Positions 56,890-62,893 of a DNA stretch of 62,893 nt are shown piece after piece; positions within the stretch are counted from its first letter, which is position 1; every line of letters begins with the position of its first letter. The translations under genes and the position numbers were made by a program. The notes under the pieces are model-generated. The model saw only the letters and a list, made by a program, of their open reading frames with translations, searched no databases and was not told where the DNA came from. The stretch covers positions 1-62,893 of IMG/VR virus record IMGVR_UViG_3300007735_000776; one strand, given 5' to 3'. Origin of the DNA: a virus. Taxonomy: Duplodnaviria > Caudoviricetes.

Positions 56890-57367
56890 AGAACACCGTT
56901 GACGTTACGTTAGACACCAAGCCCACGTAGATACCATTAGGAGCCAGAATACCTTCGCCCGGAATGACTACGTTAAACGCTGTGGGGTTGTAGGTATCGA
57001 CTTCCATTAAAACGTCTGCATACATCTCGACGTTTCCGCTGGTAGTTAGCGAAGCAGTTGTGACTGTAAACGTGTTGGTACCAGTAACCGTGACGGCATA
57101 CACGTTGTCTACAGCAGTGCCGCTAGTAAAGTTTAACCAAACACGATCCCCGTTTGACAGGCCATGATTGGCGATTGTCACAGTACAGGTAGTACTGGTT
57201 GGGATGCTGTAAGTTCCTGTTTGGGCTACATTATTCGCAAACACCGTGTTCCTGCCGGTAGCGCTTGTATTCGCAGAAACTACCGCGCCTTTCAAACGGA
57301 CGCGATAGCCTACGGCAACTCCAGAAGACGTGACATGCGTTGACTTTACGTCATATTGCATTCCCAT
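56882..57367 (-). CDS. Virion protein with an inserted NHGL..GD beta domain
   Basis: IPGEGI...GIY C-terminus; insertion TVTIANHGLSNGDRV. Confidence 0.6.
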   Translation of the reverse strand: MGMQYDVKSTHVTSSGVAVGYRVRLKGAVVSANTSATGRNTVFANNVAQTGTYSIPTSTTCTVTIANHGLSNGDRVWLNFTSGTAVDNVYAVTVTGTNTFTVTTASLTTSGNVEMYADVLMEVDTYNPTAFNVVIPGEGILAPNGIYVGLVSNVTSTVFYG

Positions 57368-57380
57368 ATTAGTTTCCTAA

Positions 57381-57932
57381 TTAAGTCGTGGAGAATGGCG
57401 TAGCAACAACACCTGATCCATTTACCGTACCGCAAACCATATAAGCGTTAGCCGCGACCGCAACAATTTGAATCCATGTACCAGCAACACCGCCAGTAGT
57501 ACCGCCATTCAGGTTGATAAAATCAAATGTGTCTGCTGCAAGCGCGTTATAGGCAACTAAAGCGTCGCTAGAATCAGTATCAACCCCCATCAGCGTTCCA
57601 ATGAAAAAATCATTAGAGCCAGAAGTTGTACCGATTTTTAGGGTGGAGGTAGTGATGGTTGTAGGCACCCAAATGGTGTAAACAACACCTTCATTGTTTG
57701 CCGTATTGGGGTCCTGTCCCGGACCAGATGTAATTGGATTTGTACTGACGTTAATTGTAGGAAGCGTCAGAGTTGTAGTTGCGGCAAGAGCGCCACCAAC
57801 GGTAATAATGCGGCCACCGTGGTCTACTGGGTTAAGCGTTGTAGAAGAAGTAATATTAACAACAGCGGCTGGGCCTTGTTGGTAAATGCCGCCAAGAGAA
57901 CGAACTGGTCCTTGAAATGTAGTGCGTGCCAT
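57381..57932 (-). CDS. Capsid decoration / head-fibre-like protein
   Basis: MARTTF.GPVRS..G N-terminus; lies downstream of the MCP. Confidence 0.55.
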   Translation of the reverse strand: MARTTFQGPVRSLGGIYQQGPAAVVNITSSTTLNPVDHGGRIITVGGALAATTTLTLPTINVSTNPITSGPGQDPNTANNEGVVYTIWVPTTITTSTLKIGTTSGSNDFFIGTLMGVDTDSSDALVAYNALAADTFDFINLNGGTTGGVAGTWIQIVAVAANAYMVCGTVNGSGVVATPFSTT

Positions 57933-58020
57933 GACGATCCTTTCGTGTAGTAGCACATAACCTTATCGTCTCTACTAAGTCTGCTGGGTCAGTCGATAAG
58001 GCTGGAATATCCCAGACCTA
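57933..58020 (-). ncRNA. Candidate structured leader RNA (pseudoknot, alternative folds)
   Basis: Stem CCUUAUCG/CGAUAAGG enclosing ACUGA/UUAGU; loop CCCAGCAGAC complementary to upstream GUCUGGG. Confidence 0.45.
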
Positions 58021-58025
58021 CCGGC

Positions 58026-58054
58026 GTTTTACTCTTGATTTTGGGAGGTGTCAA
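58026..58054 (-). promoter_or_regulatory. Putative promoter in the 3' end of the GIY-YIG gene
   Basis: TTGACA, 17 nt, TAAAAC. Confidence 0.5.
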
Positions 58055-58763
58055 GGTATTCGAAAGCCCAGCCTTTATACGGCCCCCGCTTTAGCGGTAG
58101 CCCAGATTTCAACGCACGGTTAATGGTGGGTGGCTTCATCCCCGAAGCTTCCCGTAACGCTTGAATACTGTCGTACTGCAACGTCTTTTTATCTGGGCTT
58201 GTAGCTACAACACGCCTACTTACTTTAGCACCGTGGTCAGGGCGTTTCTTGCCAAACCAATAACTACCTTCGCCAGACAATGTAGCTGAGATTTTGGCTC
58301 TTGTAGAAGCAGATACATAATGCCCTCGCATAGATTTACGTCGTTTTACCTTCTCTTCTTCGGTCTGAATTCTGGCTTTTGAGGCTATTGCAATTTTTGT
58401 TTTGGCTTCCTCCGTATGAGTAAACTTCTTACCCCACATGGGGTTTTTCTCCCCGGACCAGCCTGTAGTTGGAGCGGTAGCATCTGTTGCTAAGTTATAA
58501 CAATGGTTTTTACCAACATGTTCTTTAAGCCAGACATTCTCAGCGGCGAGAATATCCACCTCATCAGATAGCTCTTCAACAATAACAAAAGTAAAAGCCT
58601 GTCCCCCATATTTCGCCCATGCAGCTTGTAAATGCTTATTGGCATGGGTGCCACGTCTAAGCATCCACCAGTGAACACGTTTACGTCGAGTAAAGTCTTC
58701 TGCGCTGCCCACATAAAACTTGTTGTTGACTACGTTAATAATCTTGTAAATGCCTCGCGCCAT
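58029..58763 (-). CDS. GIY-YIG homing endonuclease with NUMOD3-like repeats
   Basis: GIY.I......KFYVGS; R...H; GEKNPMWGK..TEE.K.KI. Confidence 0.92.
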   Translation of the reverse strand: MARGIYKIINVVNNKFYVGSAEDFTRRKRVHWWMLRRGTHANKHLQAAWAKYGGQAFTFVIVEELSDEVDILAAENVWLKEHVGKNHCYNLATDATAPTTGWSGEKNPMWGKKFTHTEEAKTKIAIASKARIQTEEEKVKRRKSMRGHYVSASTRAKISATLSGEGSYWFGKKRPDHGAKVSRRVVATSPDKKTLQYDSIQALREASGMKPPTINRALKSGLPLKRGPYKGWAFEYLDTSQNQE

Positions 58764-58830
58764 ATAGCCTCCTTGATTAGATACGGGTAACGAGAGGTAG
58801 AATACACTAAATTAACGAATAACACAATAG

Positions 58831-58863
58831 AAAATAAAAGAGGGGGCCAAAGCCCCCTCAAAA
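58831..58863 (-). terminator. Rho-independent terminator after the major capsid gene
   Basis: GAGGGGGC-TTTG-GCCCCCTC-TTTTATTTT on the - strand. Confidence 0.88.
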
Positions 58864-58881
58864 CCCGCATAAATGCTAGGT

Positions 58882-59787
58882 TTAGCCTTGCGAACCGAAC
58901 ATGCCCAACGGATCCGACCAGCCAAAGCTGTAACGCTCACGGCTCTTGTAACGTACGTTCCCTGTATCGAAGTCTCCGTCCATTGAGTTCTGGAGCGGGA
59001 CACGGATAAAGTGCTTCATACCGTTTGGTACGTCAGTCGTCAGGAACCACGCATTAGTGTCAGTCAAGAAGTGGTTGATCGTGTAGCCTTCTGGGATCGA
59101 ACCGTTGTTCTTGAGCGCGTTAATGTCGTTGTCTGCGGTACCGACACGGAGTTCGGTTTCCAACAGACGGGTCGCAACGAACTGGAGTGCCGGAGGCACA
59201 ATCAGTTTCTTCGGCTTAGCGGCAATCAGCAGACCACGTTCGTCCGTCCAAGCAGCGATTTGAATCACTGCGTTCTCAAGCGAAGTTTCGTTGAGGTCGG
59301 TTGGAGTAGTAGGGATGTTGCTGTTGGTGCCACCAGACACCAGCGGGTGGTCGTTTGCAAACAGTGCCTTGCCATCACCGCCCGGATAGGACGACGAGAA
59401 GCCGTTGTTCAGCACTGCCGCAGCTTTTACCTGCTTGGTGTAAGCCATAGCACGAGCCAGCGCCTTGGTATAACGAGCCGACAGGCTGTCATACAGGTTA
59501 TCTTCGATGGCCTCTTCGGTCAGCGAGAAACCCAGAGCGATGGTTTCGTGGTTGTATCGAGCGGTCCATGCTTCCTGCGCATTGTCATACGCAATTGCAG
59601 AACCTTCGTTTTTCACCGGAGCTGCCGAGAAGCCGGACAGCTTGGTTTCTTCTTCGAATGAACGCTCGGAAGTCTCGGTTTCGTAGATTTCCTTGTGTTC
59701 TTCACCATAACGAGCGTACTCCAGACCAAACAACGCGTTTAGGCCGGGGAGTAGCTCTTTCAGTAGTTGTGCGCGTGAAATAGCCAT
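58882..59787 (-). CDS. Major capsid protein
   Basis: MAISRAQL.KEL.PGLNALFG; S.R.FEE; DFDTGN.RYK.RERYSFG.SD; followed by a terminator. Confidence 0.9.
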   Translation of the reverse strand: MAISRAQLLKELLPGLNALFGLEYARYGEEHKEIYETETSERSFEEETKLSGFSAAPVKNEGSAIAYDNAQEAWTARYNHETIALGFSLTEEAIEDNLYDSLSARYTKALARAMAYTKQVKAAAVLNNGFSSSYPGGDGKALFANDHPLVSGGTNSNIPTTPTDLNETSLENAVIQIAAWTDERGLLIAAKPKKLIVPPALQFVATRLLETELRVGTADNDINALKNNGSIPEGYTINHFLTDTNAWFLTTDVPNGMKHFIRVPLQNSMDGDFDTGNVRYKSRERYSFGWSDPLGMFGSQG

Positions 59788-59797
59788 GTTTTACTCC

Positions 59798-60445
59798 TTA
59801 AGCACCGGTGGCGTTGTAGTACGAGTGGAAGCCAAAGTTGAATTTGACAATCAACTCGGGGTACACAATGTTCCCGCTGGAAACGTAGGATGTGTCCGGC
59901 ACCAGATCAACGATACGCATAGCGTACGTTTGAGTCGGAGCACCAGAGTTCCAATAAACACCAATACGAGAATCACCGGAAACGGTATCACCTGTGTTCA
60001 GAATGAGTTGGACGTTATTGCCCAAAACAGTCTGTTGCAGTGGAGTGACGGTCAAGCCGGAGCCATCAATAGTGTCGCCAACAGAAACAACCTTGAACAA
60101 TGCATCTGGATCGTCAAGGATGTACGCAAACGCATCGGTGACGCCCGAAGCAAAACCGGGCCAGTACTGGCTGTAGGTCGGTTGTTTAGTTACAGGATTG
60201 GTGTAGCGGCAACCTAAAAATACGCCAACAACACCCGGAACGGCAGAAGTATCGGTATCGAGCGTCGATTTAATGATCGTACCGCTGGAAGTGATTTGAA
60301 CAACATCGCCGTTGTATAGCGGAGTGTTGTAGTTCACACTAGCAGTAGTGATCGCCAATTGACGGTTCGCACCAGCAAACACCTGCCCGCCGATCAAATT
60401 GATCGGCTGCAAGCCATAGGGCTTGTCAATGGTAGGATAAGCCAT
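59798..60445 (-). CDS. Capsid auxiliary/cement protein
   Basis: PYGL.P; GVF.GC.Y; DDP...F; directly upstream of the MCP. Confidence 0.6.
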   Translation of the reverse strand: MAYPTIDKPYGLQPINLIGGQVFAGANRQLAITTASVNYNTPLYNGDVVQITSSGTIIKSTLDTDTSAVPGVVGVFLGCRYTNPVTKQPTYSQYWPGFASGVTDAFAYILDDPDALFKVVSVGDTIDGSGLTVTPLQQTVLGNNVQLILNTGDTVSGDSRIGVYWNSGAPTQTYAMRIVDLVPDTSYVSSGNIVYPELIVKFNFGFHSYYNATGA

Positions 60446-60462
60446 GTAGAACTCCTAAAAAT

Positions 60463-60912
60463 TTAGTTACCTTTACCAAAGCTATGCGAGGATTTTCTCT
60501 CTTTGAAGAGAGGCATCCTAGGATCGCTTTGACGCATTAAGTTATTGTCTACGGCTTCCGTCTGAGCTTGAGTTTGGTTCTGGTAATAACCGGAACGCTG
60601 TTCGACAAATTCTTCAGGAGCTTTACAGAGCAATAACCCGCCAATCTCAATGTTGTCTTTGAATCGACTACTGGGATCAACTAGCAGTGAAAATTTAGGT
60701 TGCTCTTCAATGCGGACCGGTTCCCAACCTTCACGAAGTTTGGTCGAAAGGTTACGGGGGTCAGCTTGACCAAGCATGGATACACGTATCCAGCGATAAG
60801 AATACCCAGCCTCTTTATCAGGCTCAGGGAGCAACTCCGGCGGCATCCACTGCTTGGGACGCTCGCTCATTGCTCGGGTTGCTAATTCGCGTTGTAATTT
60901 ATTTTCAGCCAT
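60463..60912 (-). CDS. Conserved head-module protein
   Basis: W.PP..L; YRWIR; REGWEPV; GGLLL.K.P. Confidence 0.7.
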   Translation of the reverse strand: MAENKLQRELATRAMSERPKQWMPPELLPEPDKEAGYSYRWIRVSMLGQADPRNLSTKLREGWEPVRIEEQPKFSLLVDPSSRFKDNIEIGGLLLCKAPEEFVEQRSGYYQNQTQAQTEAVDNNLMRQSDPRMPLFKERKSSHSFGKGN

Positions 60913-61900
60913 TTTGGGCCTCCAGTTTTCTGAGTTCAAGGGCGTATTGTTCCGGGGTCAATCCCAACTTCTTTGCAAGTGCAACTTGGCTCGACTTCAG
61001 CTTTATCTTGTTGGAAGCTGTACTACGAACCGCTGGGGCTACCACAGTGCTCGGTTTTGTACGAGCAGGCTCGGACCGCACCTTGTCCTCCGGCTCCTCA
61101 ATATCGAAATATTCAGGGAACCGCTTGCGGATTGTTCTGTCCAACACCGCGTAATATTCGTCTGACCCAACTACCACTTCGCCCGACTTCTTGAGTTTTT
61201 CGTGAACTCCCAAAGCCGTTGCGGTCATCTCGTCATCCGCCCCATACCACGGGTTGCGCTTTTGCCACGCTTCCAGTTTAGGGTTTAGCGGACGAGGAGC
61301 AGGTTGTTGGACCTGATCTGGTTGCGTTTGTACCGCATAATTTTCTTCTTGTAAAGTAGGCATCTTGAAGCTCTGAGCTTGCAACATCTTGTAATTTGCA
61401 ATCTGAAGAGCTTGTTGTGCTTCTACTAACTTATCTGAATCACCGCTATCGTAAGCTTCTTTGTACGCCCGCTTTGCCATCTCCATTTCAAGAGTGGCAG
61501 CATTGTTAAGAACGGCGGCGTACTCTTTCCCGCCGGTATCAAGAATGGTCTTGATCCGCTTATTCTCGTTCATTAGCTTTTGGGCTAATGCGATGGCTTC
61601 TTGTTGCTCTCTGAACGCCGCTTCTTTCTCGCGTCGCTCATCGTGATATACCTTCCTCATCTGCTTGAGTTTTTCCTTGACTGCATCGTCGTACGAGTCA
61701 AGTTCATCTCGCTCAAGCTCCTCTTTTAGATTCTGAGGTAGCGGCTGTCTGCCCCTGTCCTGCGGCGGGGTATCGTCTTCAACCTCGACCTCAAAGCCCT
61801 CCGGTTCTTCCTGTTGCTGCATAGAAACACTGAGTTCCTCCTTACCACCTTGAGGTTTCTCATCAGGAAACTGGAATTCGTCTTTCTCAAATTCAGGCAT
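60905..61900 (-). CDS. Scaffolding-like protein
   Basis: Acidic N-terminus, coiled coil, W..RNPW, QVALAKKLGL..EQYA. Confidence 0.7.
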   Translation of the reverse strand: MPEFEKDEFQFPDEKPQGGKEELSVSMQQQEEPEGFEVEVEDDTPPQDRGRQPLPQNLKEELERDELDSYDDAVKEKLKQMRKVYHDERREKEAAFREQQEAIALAQKLMNENKRIKTILDTGGKEYAAVLNNAATLEMEMAKRAYKEAYDSGDSDKLVEAQQALQIANYKMLQAQSFKMPTLQEENYAVQTQPDQVQQPAPRPLNPKLEAWQKRNPWYGADDEMTATALGVHEKLKKSGEVVVGSDEYYAVLDRTIRKRFPEYFDIEEPEDKVRSEPARTKPSTVVAPAVRSTASNKIKLKSSQVALAKKLGLTPEQYALELRKLEAQNG

Positions 61901-61912
61901 CTTGTCCTCCTG

Positions 61913-62332
61913 TTATTTACGGCGAATGCCGCGTGGGTCTTCAACTACTCCTTCTACGGAGTCGTCATTGATCAATCTAAATTCCCGCCCGTGAATGACC
62001 AGTCGGGTACCAGCGTTTGGACGCACCAAAACAAAATCTCCTTGTTTGCACCAAGGCCCCGTTGGGAACCTATTAGCATCTTTATAACAGTCAGGACCTA
62101 GATCAACTACAAAGAGAACAGTAGTCAGCAGTTCCTCGTAATGGAGGGTTGTGTCTGCTTTGACGATACCGCTGTCAAACTCCTTCTCTATTTCGGGTAT
62201 TGCACACAAGATTCTGTATCCCGATGGCTTGGGAAGTTGTGTAGCCTTTTCCGCGTCTGTAGCGTTCATCCGGTACGCCCCAACAACCTGCGGGTTACTG
62301 GCGTCTGTAGCCAGCAAAATTGAATCAGTCAT
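61913..62332 (-). CDS. groES: Phage GroES-like co-chaperonin
   Basis: P.GYRIL...SGI...V...GP.CY...PWC..GD.V...G......EFRL.NDD.V. Confidence 0.85.
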   Translation of the reverse strand: MTDSILLATDASNPQVVGAYRMNATDAEKATQLPKPSGYRILCAIPEIEKEFDSGIVKADTTLHYEELLTTVLFVVDLGPDCYKDANRFPTGPWCKQGDFVLVRPNAGTRLVIHGREFRLINDDSVEGVVEDPRGIRRK

Positions 62333-62513
62333 CCGAATCCTCCAAGTTTTTCTTAAGGTCTAATGTGTACCCCCTTGCAATGAGCAGACCCCGAATCTCA
62401 CCGCAAATCGATTTGTACTCGTCAAAAGATGTAACCCGGCCTGCTGCCAAGTGGTCTTTGAGCTGCGAAACCTTTTCGTCCGCCTGTTGGACAAGTAGTT
62501 CTAAAGCATCCAT
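62325..62513 (-). CDS. Small conserved protein after the portal gene
   Basis: L..G....EY...G.I.GL. Confidence 0.7.
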   Translation of the reverse strand: MDALELLVQQADEKVSQLKDHLAAGRVTSFDEYKSICGEIRGLLIARGYTLDLKKNLEDSDD

Positions 62514-62766
62514 TACTCACCTTTCGTTGGTTTAGGACGACCACGCTGCATAGCTTCTTGATGGCTTTGGGAAGACAACTGTTTAAGTACATCCACACCA
62601 AGCTTGACGGCATCCTTTTCACGGGTATCCCGCATTTCCGCAGCCATACGTAATGCTTCGCTCTTACGATTAGATTCCATCTTCTCCCGCTCAAGCAAGG
62701 TTTGAGCCGTGATGCGTGCGGCCTCAATCTGCTGTTGCTGTTCCTTGAGCTTGATGTCCGCTGCGT
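62513..62766 (-). CDS. Portal protein, C-terminal part
   Basis: In-frame continuation of 1-2272 across the circular join (2272+254 = 2526 nt). Confidence 0.85.
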
Positions 62767-62893
62767 CTTTAGCTTGCTTGCGCTGTTGCTCAGCCTGCTT
62801 CAACTGCAACTCTTGCATCTGCATCTGGACTAGTGGGTCTTGTGCTTGCTGCTCTGCCTGCTGCTGAGCTACCTGCGCAGAGTTCTGCTGGAA

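Noticed and set aside
62767-62893. 127-bp terminal repeat as a biological direct terminal repeat
   Set aside because: It falls mid-portal and its length equals a standard assembler k-mer, so it is most likely a circularisation artefact.
1-62893. tRNA genes, integrase/att sites, stop-codon recoding
   Set aside because: None were recognised by eye, and genes tile densely under the standard code. tRNAscan/ARAGORN was not run, so a tRNA cannot be formally excluded.

Overview
This window is an apparently complete, circularly assembled genome (62,766 bp unique) of a tailed dsDNA phage with P22/podovirus-like virion genes. Bases 1-127 repeat exactly at 62767-62893, most likely a k=127 assembly overlap, and the portal gene runs across this join. 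There are two transcriptional arms. The + strand early/replication arm (about 4.8-26.2 kb) carries small early genes, an AAA ATPase/vWA-metallopeptidase module, VRR-NUC, several HTH proteins, a family A DNA polymerase, a Cas4-like nuclease, an SNF2 helicase, HNH nucleases, an SSB-like protein and a primase-helicase. The - strand late arm carries terminase, portal, GroES, scaffold, major capsid, a cluster of small basic proteins, tail and fibre modules, lysis genes and ejection proteins. I found no integrase, tRNA, CRISPR array or reverse transcriptase by eye. The main unexplained signals are: (1) a candidate ~70-nt sRNA at 26178-26247 whose free 5' seed GCACUCU is complementary to an AGAGUGC motif at the start codons of six early/replication genes; (2) 11 copies of a 14-bp palindrome TTAACAnnTGTTAA confined to 4.7-13.2 kb, six of them written into coding sequence; (3) a nested GGAAC inverted-repeat locus resembling a replication origin; (4) shared [M/F/Y]xxGG motifs and a duplicated N-terminal leader in putative internal virion proteins; (5) two pseudoknot-capable leader RNAs. 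Family assignments come from motif recognition and gene context only; no database searches were run.
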